Part shown: positions 1 through 8,715 of the stretch, in pieces | Position numbering within the stretch: the stretch's first letter is position 1 | Layout of the letters: each line of letters starts with the position of its first letter | From: Gemmatimonadota bacterium | GTDB lineage: Bacteria > Gemmatimonadota > Gemmatimonadetes > Longimicrobiales > Gaopeijiaceae | Direction of reading: 5' to 3' | DNA length: 64,000 nucleotides | Assembly: GCA_027623325.1 (NCBI GenBank) | Contig: JAQBXY010000001.1 | Coordinates: forward strand, 67,511 to 131,510 | Translations under genes and position numbers: made by a program | The notes under the pieces: generated by a model | Databases searched by the model: none | What the model was told of the DNA's origin: nothing | The model's input: only the letters and a program-made list of their open reading frames with translations

Positions 1-416
1 GACAGCGCAACACGCTGATGGTCGTGGAGGCCCATGGCGTTCGAATCGCACACCTGGGCGACAACGGGCCTTTGACTGCCTCGATGCTCGCGGGCCTAGG
101 TCGGGTCGATGTCCTGCTGATTCCGGGAGACGGAGTGGACCATATTCTGTCTCAGACCACTACCGCGGAAATCATTGCAGCGCTCGATCCTCGTGTAGTC
201 ATTCCGATGCACTACCGGCTCCCTGACCTGGAAGCTGATCCCGAGTCACCATCCGATCTCGGAGAGGTCGATCCCTGGCTGGAAGGCCGCGGCCCGGTGA
301 GGATGATGGGTAGCCACACCGCCACGTTCGGTTGGACACAGTTGCCCGAGGGTCGAGAATACGTCGTCCTCGAGCACGCGCCGTATGTGAGTGGCACGGA
401 AGTGGCAGGAAGATGA
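1..416 (+). CDS. MBL-fold (beta-lactamase-like) hydrolase, C-terminal part; 5' end lies outside the window
   Basis: ORF 18..416 stays open in frame to base 1. The sequence RIAHLGDNGPL...VDVLLIPGDG...VVIPMHY resembles the C-terminal half of UlaG/MBL-fold hydrolases. Pattern recognition only. Confidence 0.5.
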   Translation, partial: QRNTLMVVEAHGVRIAHLGDNGPLTASMLAGLGRVDVLLIPGDGVDHILSQTTTAEIIAALDPRVVIPMHYRLPDLEADPESPSDLGEVDPWLEGRGPVRMMGSHTATFGWTQLPEGREYVVLEHAPYVSGTEVAGR

Positions 417-504
417 TCCATAGGCGACGCGGCACTTAACGACCCGCGACGGTCGGACATCCTTGTCTACACGGTGACCGATCCCAAACAACAGGAATCT
501 CGAT

Positions 505-1293
505 ATGAAGCGCATGACACGAAACGTTCACGTGGTGGGAGCCCTCGTCTCCGCCCTCGCGGTCGGAGCATGTGGCGACTCTACGGGGTTGGACGGTCTG
601 GACGACACGCTGGTGCTCGACATGGCCCTGGTGGCGGCCGACGCGACGCTCGAAGACGTAACCATGTGGACCCAGCCCCTTGGTGTCGGACCTCTTCTGG
701 CAGAAGGCCCGGATGGTCCCGCTATGGTCGGCCGGCCCGGTGGGCACGGCGACTTCACGGGTGAGTTCTCCGGAACCCGGGCGGTCACCTTTTACGATGA
801 AGCGGGCGTTGCTCAGACGGGATTTGATCCTCTGCTGACCGAATCGATTCACTTCATCCGCGAGATCGAAGGCGAGATCACCCGCGACAATTTTTCCGCC
901 AGTATTTCTCGCACGCGCGATATGACGGTTTCAGGTCTACTGGGTGCCGAGACGCACCGTACCTGGAACGGATCCGGCAGTGAAGAGATGAGCCGAAGCG
1001 GCGTGATGGAAGACGGCACCCCTCGCTCTCACGAGTCGTCGGGGTCGTTCGAGTTCGAGGACATCGTCGTGCCGATCCCCGGCTCGGCGACTCGGTATCC
1101 CGTCTCGGGGACCATTCGACGGTCCATGACCGCAACGCGCACCACCGCCGATGGGACGGTCACGCGGGAGGTCGAGGTCGTCATAACGTTCGACGGCACC
1201 TCGATCGCGCAGGCGGTCGTGAACGGCGACCCCGTGGAGATCGACCTCTCGACGCGTGAAGGCCGGAACCCTCTGAGACCTTCTCCACGTTAA
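505..1293 (+). CDS. hypothetical lipoprotein
   Basis: N-terminal signal peptide with lipobox (ALAVGAC|GDS). No recognisable domain. Followed by a hairpin terminator. Confidence 0.6.
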   Translation: MKRMTRNVHVVGALVSALAVGACGDSTGLDGLDDTLVLDMALVAADATLEDVTMWTQPLGVGPLLAEGPDGPAMVGRPGGHGDFTGEFSGTRAVTFYDEAGVAQTGFDPLLTESIHFIREIEGEITRDNFSASISRTRDMTVSGLLGAETHRTWNGSGSEEMSRSGVMEDGTPRSHESSGSFEFEDIVVPIPGSATRYPVSGTIRRSMTATRTTADGTVTREVEVVITFDGTSIAQAVVNGDPVEIDLSTREGRNPLRPSPR

Positions 1294-1330
1294 TCGGAAA
1301 CGCGTCGTTTTGACGCGGGCCCAAGCATCG

Positions 1331-1365
1331 GAAGGGGGAGACAGGCTGAGCCTGCCTCCCCCTTC
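1331..1365. terminator. hairpin terminator between convergent genes
   Basis: GAAGGGGGAGACAGGC-TGA-GCCTGCCTCCCCCTTC (15/16 bp) followed by GTTTC. Lies between gene ends at 1293 (+) and 1391 (-). Confidence 0.5.
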
Positions 1366-1390
1366 GTTTCATGCGATGGCCGAGTAGGAG

Positions 1391-2149
1391 CTACGAGTCC
1401 GAGCGAAGGGCCGCGCTGGCCTTACCCATGTACTCCCATAGACCGGGCGGGCTCTGGAGGCCGTGGTTCGCCATTACGTTGGCGCCACCTTCGCTCCTGT
1501 ACATGTTGCCCAATGATGAGGCGATTCCCGGGTCCCCACCCGTGAACTCTGTTATGAGCGCAGCCGACTTACGGGCGAGCGCCTTCACGGTATCGCTGGT
1601 GGGATCCAGGCCATCGTCCATCGCCTTGCCATAGGCCGCGAATAGTTCGGACCACTCCTCCTGGACCTTCTGTATCCGTTCTTCGCCAACCGTTTCCCCT
1701 CGCTGCCGGAGCTGATCCATCTGCTCGGGGGAGTAGTACTTCTCGAAATTCATGGTGACCTCGATCGTTCGTGTCAGATCATCGACAGAGACACCCTCTG
1801 CCGAGTGGAGTCGATCACGGAGTCGGTGGATCAAGTCCCTCAACTGCTCCTGTCGGTCGATTTGTTCCTGGATACGCTCGATCTGCAGTTCGAGAACGCG
1901 GTCCAGAGAGTACATCGGCCGTCGCAAGCAGTCCCGGACTTCCTCCAACGAGAGGCCCAGCGATCGCAGCGATGCGATCTGCTGCAATCGTCGAACCTCC
2001 GGCTCACCATACAACCGATGGCCAGCGGTCGTACGGTGACCGGGAGTCAGAAGTCCGATCTCGTCGTAGTGATGAAGCGTCCGGACTGTTAGTCCGGTTC
2101 GTTTCGCGAGCGCGCCCACCTTCATGGCTGTATCCACTGATCCTCCCAT
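1391..2149 (-). CDS. MerR-family transcriptional regulator, TipA-like (MerR HTH + TipAS-type effector domain)
   Basis: MKVGALAKRTGLTVRTLHHYDEIGLL is a canonical MerR HTH. It is followed by a coiled-coil linker and a C-terminal YSPEQ...EEW... TipAS-like domain. An alternative ATG start at 2125 gives the MKVG N-terminus. Confidence 0.85.
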   Translation of the reverse strand: MGGSVDTAMKVGALAKRTGLTVRTLHHYDEIGLLTPGHRTTAGHRLYGEPEVRRLQQIASLRSLGLSLEEVRDCLRRPMYSLDRVLELQIERIQEQIDRQEQLRDLIHRLRDRLHSAEGVSVDDLTRTIEVTMNFEKYYSPEQMDQLRQRGETVGEERIQKVQEEWSELFAAYGKAMDDGLDPTSDTVKALARKSAALITEFTGGDPGIASSLGNMYRSEGGANVMANHGLQSPPGLWEYMGKASAALRSDS

Positions 2150-2172
2150 GCCCTGATCTCTCCATTCGGACC

Positions 2173-2203
2173 ATACTAAAACCTCACGTTACGTGAGGTG
2201 CAA
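2173..2203 (-). promoter_or_regulatory. MerR-type promoter with 19-nt spacer and dyad operator
   Basis: Read on the minus strand: TTGCAC (2203..2198), a 19-nt spacer, then TAGTAT (2178..2173). The spacer holds a perfect 8-1-8 palindrome CCTCACGT-T-ACGTGAGG (2182..2198). It sits about 25 nt upstream of the MerR ORF. Confidence 0.6.
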
Positions 2204-2314
2204 TAATGTTGCGATCGGGGTGATCGTCGTTCGGTGGTGCTTCTTGGCGTAAACGCCGACTGATCGACCGGGGCTTCCTTGCCCCCTCGTGCAGAAGGCC
2301 GGCATCTTGGCTGC

Positions 2315-4393
2315 ATGAACAGGATCCTCTTTGGCCTCGCGACCTGCCTGATCACGGTGGTTCCGCTCGAGGCCCAGTCTCGGCCGATCTCCTACGACGA
2401 CTACTACCGAATCGAGAGCGCCGGTGGCGCCACGCTTTCGCCCGATGGAAGCACCGTCGCCTTCGTGCGCACCCGGACTCTCGAAGAGGAGAACCGCACA
2501 CACTCCGAGGTATGGATGGTCCGAGCCGACGGAAGTTCAGCTCCGTCGCGTCTGACCAGCCCCGCCACCGAGGCCGGCGATCCACAGTGGAGCCCCGATG
2601 GAAAGCTGTTGTCCTTCTCGTCGAGGCGGATCGTGGCTGGGGAGGAGTCGGAGGGGTCCACGTGGTTCCTCCGGATGGACCGTCCCGGTGAAGCTTTTCA
2701 GCTCCCTGGCCTCGCGGGCACGCCGATCTTCGATCCGAACAACCGCTGGATCGCCTTCACGCGCCCGGTCGCTCCTAGCGCTCCCCGGCCTGCTCTCCCG
2801 GAGATGACTGAAGAGGAACGGAGGATCGTCGATCGCTTCGATGGTCGGGCGTACGACTGGATGCAATTCCGATTCGACCGCCGCGGCTATCTGCCCGACC
2901 CGACAGATCCGTACGCGACACCCTCCACCCAGATCTTCGTGGTCCCCGTCGACGGCGGTGAAGCGCGCCAAGTGACCGAACTTCCGGTAAACGTGTCTGG
3001 CGTCTCGTGGCGTCCGAACGGAACGGGCTTCGTGTTCACTGCGGACGAACACCAACGTGACGAGCACACGTACCCGAGGGCCGACCTGTGGACGGTCACG
3101 CTCGACGGGGCCATCTCGCGTCTCACGGACGACGAATACAATTGGAATAACCCCCAGTGGTCGCCGGACGGGCGTTGGTTCGTGGCGAGCGGTCAGGTGG
3201 GGCTCGATGTGATCATTCGTGAACGCTGGGATCACGGATCTCCGACCGACCTTTGGCTCTTCAGCGCCGACGGAGCCCAACGGCGGAACCTGACCGCGGA
3301 TTGGGACCTGCTTCCAGGATCGCCGACCTGGAGCGCGGACGGTCAGTCGCTCTACTTCACAGCCGGCATCGGGGGCGACACGCACCTCCTTCAACTCGAC
3401 GTCGCTACCGGAAGAGTAGACCAGCTGACCTTCGGTGAGGGACGCCTCGGCTCGGTATCCTTTTCGAGCGATGCGAGCACACTCGCCTACATCCGCCAGG
3501 ATGCGACCCACCCGGGCGACGTCTATGCCGGCGCGGTCGGAGGAACGGCTCGTCAGCTTACGTCGATCAATGCCGGCCTACTCGCCGAGGTCGAACTTCA
3601 GTCGCCACAGCTCATGACCTTCTCCAGTCCCGATGGGACCACCGTCGAAGGCTGGGTCATTCCTCCCCGCGGCTATCGTGAAGGCGATGGGCGCCGGTGG
3701 CCGATGGTGCTGAACATGCATGGTGGACCGCACGGGTCGTACGGCAACAGTTTCTCGTTCGACTTCCAACTCCAGTCCTCCCGGGGCTACTTCGTACTGT
3801 ATACCAACCCGCGCGCCTCGACCGGCTACGGCGAGGCGTTCCTCTGGGGCACGTGGGGGAGTTGGGGTGATGAGGACTACGACGATGTCATGGCCGGTGT
3901 CGATGCCGCACTCGAGCGCTTTCCGATCGACGATTCGCGGATGGGCGTTACGGGCTATTCGTACGGGGGGTATCTCACGAACTGGGTGATCACTCAGACC
4001 GATCGATTCGCGGCCGCCACAGCGGGCGCCGGCATCTCGAATTGGGTTAGCGACTACGCAGTCGCAGATATCCCACGCACGAAGGAGACTGAATTCTACG
4101 GGACGCCATGGGAGAAGGAGGGTCTCGCAAACCTCCTCGCCGCGTCGCCGATCGTGCACGCCGAAGGTGTGTCGACCCCGACCCTTTTCGTCCACGGCGA
4201 GTCGGATTTCCGAGTACCGATCGAGGAGGCCGAACAGATGTATGTCGCGCTCCAGAAGCAGGGAGTGCCGGCAAAGATGGTTCGCTATCCCGATTCGTAT
4301 CACGGAGGATGGACGCCGTGGCGAACCCTGCACCGCCTCTACTCCACCTTGGAGTGGTGGGACCAATGGCTCGCGGAGAAACCGATTTCGTGA
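2315..4393 (+). CDS. S9 family serine peptidase (prolyl oligopeptidase / acylaminoacyl-peptidase type) with N-terminal beta-propeller
   Basis: Signal peptide MNRILFGLATCLITVVPLEAQ. Repeated WSPDG propeller motifs. C-terminal alpha/beta domain with nucleophile motif GYSYGG, then GESDFRVP and YHG. Confidence 0.85.
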   Translation: MNRILFGLATCLITVVPLEAQSRPISYDDYYRIESAGGATLSPDGSTVAFVRTRTLEEENRTHSEVWMVRADGSSAPSRLTSPATEAGDPQWSPDGKLLSFSSRRIVAGEESEGSTWFLRMDRPGEAFQLPGLAGTPIFDPNNRWIAFTRPVAPSAPRPALPEMTEEERRIVDRFDGRAYDWMQFRFDRRGYLPDPTDPYATPSTQIFVVPVDGGEARQVTELPVNVSGVSWRPNGTGFVFTADEHQRDEHTYPRADLWTVTLDGAISRLTDDEYNWNNPQWSPDGRWFVASGQVGLDVIIRERWDHGSPTDLWLFSADGAQRRNLTADWDLLPGSPTWSADGQSLYFTAGIGGDTHLLQLDVATGRVDQLTFGEGRLGSVSFSSDASTLAYIRQDATHPGDVYAGAVGGTARQLTSINAGLLAEVELQSPQLMTFSSPDGTTVEGWVIPPRGYREGDGRRWPMVLNMHGGPHGSYGNSFSFDFQLQSSRGYFVLYTNPRASTGYGEAFLWGTWGSWGDEDYDDVMAGVDAALERFPIDDSRMGVTGYSYGGYLTNWVITQTDRFAAATAGAGISNWVSDYAVADIPRTKETEFYGTPWEKEGLANLLAASPIVHAEGVSTPTLFVHGESDFRVPIEEAEQMYVALQKQGVPAKMVRYPDSYHGGWTPWRTLHRLYSTLEWWDQWLAEKPIS

Positions 4394-5982
4394 GGGACCG
4401 CGCCTCGGCGCTCCCCTTCGCAGCGATCGGGCTCGTCGTTGCGCTCGGCCATCTGACGCTCTTTCCCAACGTCGCGGACCTCGACGGCTTCTATCACATC
4501 GGGCACGCGAAGGTGTACCTGGAGGGGTCGCTGTTCGACACCTCCCTCCCATGGGCTACTCGGTCGATCATTGGAGATCTCGGGGGGGATCTCTGGTGGG
4601 GCTTCCACGTACTTCTCCTGCCATTCGCGGTACTTGGAGACGTTGCGTTAGGGGCGCGGGTCGCAGCGTTGACCCTCACGCTTTCGCTCGGACTTACGAT
4701 CCTTTGGGTCTTGAGACGGCACGGAGTCGCCTGGGCCGGAGGGTGGGCGGCGCTCTTTCTGGTCGCAGTCCCCAACGTGTCCTTCCGGTACCTGATGCTC
4801 CGACCGCATGTGGTATCGCTCGCCGCGGCCGTCGCTCTCCTCTCCGTCCTGGTGCGAGGTCGCTGGTGGCAGGTCGTGCTCTTGAGCGCCTTCATCAGCT
4901 GGGTACACCTGGGCCTTTTTTGGATCGCACCCGGAATCGCGGTGGCGTACGCGGTAGCGAGGATCCCCGTAACGGTCGGGCTCGGTCGAGAGAGTCCGGA
5001 CGCCGGCGTGCCACTGAGGCAGGCTCTACCCGCCGCCTTTGCTGGCTCGGTGATCGGGTGGTTGCTTCGTCCGGACGCCTTGGTGACGGCGGCCCTATTG
5101 AACGTGCAACTCATCCAGCTCTTCACCCAAAAGGCAACGGGGGCCCCCCTGACGTTCGCCGCTGAGTTGTCTCCCCTTGGAATCGAGGAGCTGCTCCGAA
5201 CGACCTGGTTGTTCGCGGTCGTCTGGGTTGGTGCTGGAGCCACCTTCGTTTGGGCCGCGTCACGGGATCGGCTCCGCTCGCTCGGCCAGGAGAAGGCAAC
5301 GCTGCTCGTCACGGCGTTATTGGTGTCCGTGGTCTTTCTCGGCCTGACGCTTCTGTCTGCGCGACGCGCCATGGAGCAATGGACGGCCTTCGGGTTCCTG
5401 GTACTTCCCTTTGCGGCGACCCTACTCCCGAATGGGGCGCGGGGGCGCACGCCTCGGGTCGCAACAGCTGCGGTCCTGGCCGCCTATCTCGCCTGGGGGG
5501 CCTGGCGGCACACCCTCAATGTCAGCGAGGTCGCGTTCCCGGCGGATTCTCTTCAGGAAGCCGCAGAGTTCCTCGCCGACCGGAGTGAACCCGGCGACGT
5601 AGTATTCCACGCGAAATGGGACAACTTCGGTCCACTGTTGGCCCACAACCGGACGAACCACTACCTCAGCGGAATGGACCCGATCTTCCAGTTCGCCCAC
5701 GACCCAGGAGCGTACTGGGAGTTCTTTTACATGTCGGCAGACGTCAGCGTCGCCTGGACATGTAATGCCTTCCCTTGTGTGTCTGGGGTGGCAACGGACT
5801 CGTACGAGGTACTTCGCGACCACTTCGGAGCTCGCTGGGTCCTGGTGGAGCCTCGCCGCAACCCGCGACTGACGCTGCACCTCCTGAACGACCCCCGCTT
5901 CTCCTTGGTGCTCGAAACGGAGCGGGAAGCTGTCTTCGAGATCCTCCCGAGCGACGCGACATCTGAAGGAGCGGGTCTTTGA
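4366..5982 (+). CDS. polytopic integral membrane protein with C-terminal soluble domain (GT-C/ArnT-like architecture, function unverified)
   Basis: Many hydrophobic segments followed by a soluble tail. The first 86 codons of ORF 4108..5982 overlap the S9 gene and look non-coding. ATG 4366 is chosen as the start; GTG 4390, which overlaps the S9 stop as GTGA, is equally plausible. Confidence 0.55.
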   Translation: MARGETDFVRDRASALPFAAIGLVVALGHLTLFPNVADLDGFYHIGHAKVYLEGSLFDTSLPWATRSIIGDLGGDLWWGFHVLLLPFAVLGDVALGARVAALTLTLSLGLTILWVLRRHGVAWAGGWAALFLVAVPNVSFRYLMLRPHVVSLAAAVALLSVLVRGRWWQVVLLSAFISWVHLGLFWIAPGIAVAYAVARIPVTVGLGRESPDAGVPLRQALPAAFAGSVIGWLLRPDALVTAALLNVQLIQLFTQKATGAPLTFAAELSPLGIEELLRTTWLFAVVWVGAGATFVWAASRDRLRSLGQEKATLLVTALLVSVVFLGLTLLSARRAMEQWTAFGFLVLPFAATLLPNGARGRTPRVATAAVLAAYLAWGAWRHTLNVSEVAFPADSLQEAAEFLADRSEPGDVVFHAKWDNFGPLLAHNRTNHYLSGMDPIFQFAHDPGAYWEFFYMSADVSVAWTCNAFPCVSGVATDSYEVLRDHFGARWVLVEPRRNPRLTLHLLNDPRFSLVLETEREAVFEILPSDATSEGAGL

Positions 5983-5984
5983 CC

Positions 5985-6704
5985 ATGCGCGTCGCACTCT
6001 TCGCCACCTGCCTTGCCGATCAATTCTTTGCAGAAGCGTGCGCCGACGCGGTGCGCCTGCTTCGTCATCTCGGCGTAGATGTCGACTTCCCTGAACGGCA
6101 AACGTGTTGTGGCCAACCAGCCTTCAACGCCGGATACAAAGCCGAGGCCGCACGCATGGCTGCGCATACACTGTCGGTGTTCGAAGATGCGGAGTATGTG
6201 GTCCTTCCATCTGGGAGCTGCGCCGGCATGATTCGTAGCTATTACTCGGAGATCAGTGATGAGGGGCCGGCGCTCGACCTCGGAAAGCGGACCTTTGAGC
6301 TCTCGCAGTTCCTGGTGCATGTGTTGAACGTCGAGACCCTCGGGCGAGGCCTCTCAGGGAAGACCGTCGCATACCATCACGGATGTCACGCCCTTCGAGA
6401 ACTCGGCGTGGACAGTGAACCCATCGCTCTTCTGAGCGGCGCCGGAGCGCAGGTCGTTCCGTGGGAAGCCGACAAGGAGTGCTGCGGATTCGGCGGTCTC
6501 TTCAGCGCCAAACTGCCCGAGGTGTCGGCGGCGATGGCGGACCGCAAGTTGGACACACTCCCCAACGTCGACTTCGTAACGTCGGGCGACGGGGGTTGCC
6601 TCCTCCAGCTTTCGGGTCGATCGCAGCGACGCCGGGTCGGGGCGTCCGGCGTCACGACGCCGTTTCGACACATCGCCAGTGCGCTGTGGGAGGGTGTCGG
6701 TTGA
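5985..6704 (+). CDS. lutA: lactate utilisation protein A, (Fe-S)-binding CCG-domain protein
   Basis: MRVALFATCLADQF N-terminus. Two CCG motifs (QTCCGQPAFNAGY, ECCGFGGLF), as in LutA/YkgE. Confidence 0.85.
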   Translation: MRVALFATCLADQFFAEACADAVRLLRHLGVDVDFPERQTCCGQPAFNAGYKAEAARMAAHTLSVFEDAEYVVLPSGSCAGMIRSYYSEISDEGPALDLGKRTFELSQFLVHVLNVETLGRGLSGKTVAYHHGCHALRELGVDSEPIALLSGAGAQVVPWEADKECCGFGGLFSAKLPEVSAAMADRKLDTLPNVDFVTSGDGGCLLQLSGRSQRRRVGASGVTTPFRHIASALWEGVG

Positions 6705-8098
6705 TGAGTCGTGTGAATCCTGGCGCGTATCGTGCCGCATCAGCCCGAACGATACAGAACGAACCAGGGGTACGGGACTCAGTCGGATCAGCGACTCGGA
6801 CCTTCGATGCGAATAGGGTCCGTGCGTTCGGACAGATCGATTCCGAGCGGTGGCGCGATTGGGCGCGGGACGTGAAGACGCACGCGCTGACGAACCTCGA
6901 CCGCTATCTGGAAGAGGCGGAGATGCGGCTCCTGGCGAACGGGGCCCACGTTCATTGGGCGGAGTCGGCGGACGACGCCCTTCGTGTGTTGGCCGATGTC
7001 GTCGCTCGGCATGACATCCGCAGCGCGGTGAAGGGCAAAAGCATGCTCACCGAGGAGCTCGGTGTGAACGACCACCTCGAGCAATTGGGCGTAAGAGTTC
7101 GAGAGACCGACCTCGGGGAGTACATCATCCAACTCCTCGGCGAACCCCCGAGTCACATTGTGGGACCCGCGATTCACAAGAGCCTGGACGACTGTCGGCG
7201 TCTCTTTCATGCCCATCTCGGCACGGCGCCCGACGCAACACCGGAGACCCTCGCCGCCGCCGCCCGCGACGCGCTCCGTCAGGACTTCCTTGCCGCCGAT
7301 CTCGGCATCTCGGGAGGCAACTTTCTGGCGGCAGATACGGGCACCGTCGCGCTGATCGAGAACGAAGGCAACATTCGGCTTTCGACCTCGCTGCCTCGTG
7401 TTCACGTTGCGTTCGTGGGCATCGAAAAGATCGTGCCTCGCCTCGAAGACCTTTCGGGCCTCCTTCAACTCACGGCCCGTGCGGCTACGGGTCAACCGAT
7501 CGGAAACTTCGTATCCCTCATTCAGGGGCCGAAGACGAACGAGGAGGTCGACGGTCCCGAAGAGGTACACGTCGTGTTGGTCGATAACGGGCGAACCGAG
7601 CTGCTCGCGGACGACGTGGCGTGGGAGGCACTGCGATGCGTGCGATGCGGAGCCTGTCTCAACATCTGTCCCGTCTATCGACAGACGGGTGGCCACGCAT
7701 ACGGCTGGACGTATTCCGGCCCGATCGGTGCGATCATCGCGCCCGGAATGCTGGGGCTCGCCAAGGCCCTTCCATTGCCCCATGCGTCGAGCCTATGCGG
7801 CGCATGCGTTGACGTCTGTCCGGTCCGAATACCGATCCCGGATCTTCTGCTCCACTGGCGGGAGCAGGCTGTCGAAGAGGGTCTGACGACGACAGCCGAA
7901 ACGATCGGCCTGAAGGCCTTCACCGCGCTCGCGGAGCGTCCGGACGCATTCTCCGCCGCCGGGGCCCTCCTCCGCTGGACACCGTGGAGCGCCGCGGGCC
8001 GGTCACTCCCCATCCTCGGAGGGTGGCTCCAAGAACGGTCAGCACCGCATCCCAGCCAGAAGAGTTTCCGAAGGCTTTGGGAGGAAGGGATCGAGTGA
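6704..8098 (+). CDS. lutB: lactate utilisation protein B, 4Fe-4S / LUD-domain protein
   Basis: ATG 6704 overlaps the lutA stop (ATGA). Two ferredoxin-type motifs, CVRCGACLNICP and CGACVDVCP, plus a LUD domain, as in LutB/YkgF. Confidence 0.85.
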   Translation: MSRVNPGAYRAASARTIQNEPGVRDSVGSATRTFDANRVRAFGQIDSERWRDWARDVKTHALTNLDRYLEEAEMRLLANGAHVHWAESADDALRVLADVVARHDIRSAVKGKSMLTEELGVNDHLEQLGVRVRETDLGEYIIQLLGEPPSHIVGPAIHKSLDDCRRLFHAHLGTAPDATPETLAAAARDALRQDFLAADLGISGGNFLAADTGTVALIENEGNIRLSTSLPRVHVAFVGIEKIVPRLEDLSGLLQLTARAATGQPIGNFVSLIQGPKTNEEVDGPEEVHVVLVDNGRTELLADDVAWEALRCVRCGACLNICPVYRQTGGHAYGWTYSGPIGAIIAPGMLGLAKALPLPHASSLCGACVDVCPVRIPIPDLLLHWREQAVEEGLTTTAETIGLKAFTALAERPDAFSAAGALLRWTPWSAAGRSLPILGGWLQERSAPHPSQKSFRRLWEEGIE

Positions 8099-8715
8099 GT
8101 GGCCGCGATCGTATCTTCGCGCGCGTCAGAAGTGCGCTCGCCGGGAGGGACCGAACCGAGTTGCCCGAATCCTTTGGCGAGTGGCGATTGAAGTCGCCAC
8201 CCGTATCGCCCGTCGAGGGCTTTCAGGCGCTGTTCGAATCCGCCGGCGGAGAGGTGGTCCGGGTGTCGGACCGCGCCGGGGCTGCCACCTGGATTGCCAG
8301 ATTCTCCACGGACTTTCCGTCGGTCATCTTTGGGGAGCACGTTCCCGCCGAACTGAAGCCCGATCTTCCATCGGTAACACCAGAAGTCGCTGCGCTCGGC
8401 CTATCCATGGCCCGGGGTGCCGTCGCCGAAACTGGGTCGTTGCTGATGGACGCCAGAGACGGCCGTCGGGCTCAGCTTCTTGCGCCGACTCATGTGGTGG
8501 TCCTCGACGCCGCGGCGGTGTACGCATCTCTGCGCGAGGCGCTCATCTCTCTGAAGGACGACCTGCCCTCTGCGATCGGTTTTCATTCTGGACCTTCCAA
8601 GTCGGCCGACATCGGCCAGATCATGGTGCGAGGCGTCCACGGCCCGGGCCGGGTGATCGCACTCGTGATCGACGAGAGTGTCATCGTTCAGGACCACAAG
8701 GAGGGGATTTCATGA
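8095..8715 (+). CDS. lutC: lactate utilisation protein C (LUD domain)
   Basis: GTG 8095 overlaps the lutB stop (GTGA). Size and sequence are YkgG/LutC-like, and it is the third gene of the lutABC order. Confidence 0.75.
   Translation: MSGRDRIFARVRSALAGRDRTELPESFGEWRLKSPPVSPVEGFQALFESAGGEVVRVSDRAGAATWIARFSTDFPSVIFGEHVPAELKPDLPSVTPEVAALGLSMARGAVAETGSLLMDARDGRRAQLLAPTHVVVLDAAAVYASLREALISLKDDLPSAIGFHSGPSKSADIGQIMVRGVHGPGRVIALVIDESVIVQDHKEGIS

Noticed and set aside
4108-4365. N-terminal extension of the membrane-protein ORF
   Set aside because: It overlaps the well-supported 3' end of the S9 peptidase gene. The translation is Arg/Pro-rich with no hydrophobic segment.
2537-4552. Two 324-aa minus-strand ORFs (2537..3511 and 3578..4552) antisense to the S9 peptidase gene
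   Set aside because: Their translations are Arg/Pro/Gly-rich with no motifs, and they lie fully opposite a gene with strong family signatures. These are typical shadow ORFs of GC-rich DNA.
8181-8711. Upstream 177 codons of ORF 8181..10142
   Set aside because: This stretch overlaps lutC in another frame with an Arg-rich translation. The lipoprotein signal peptide begins at ATG 8712, which overlaps the lutC stop.
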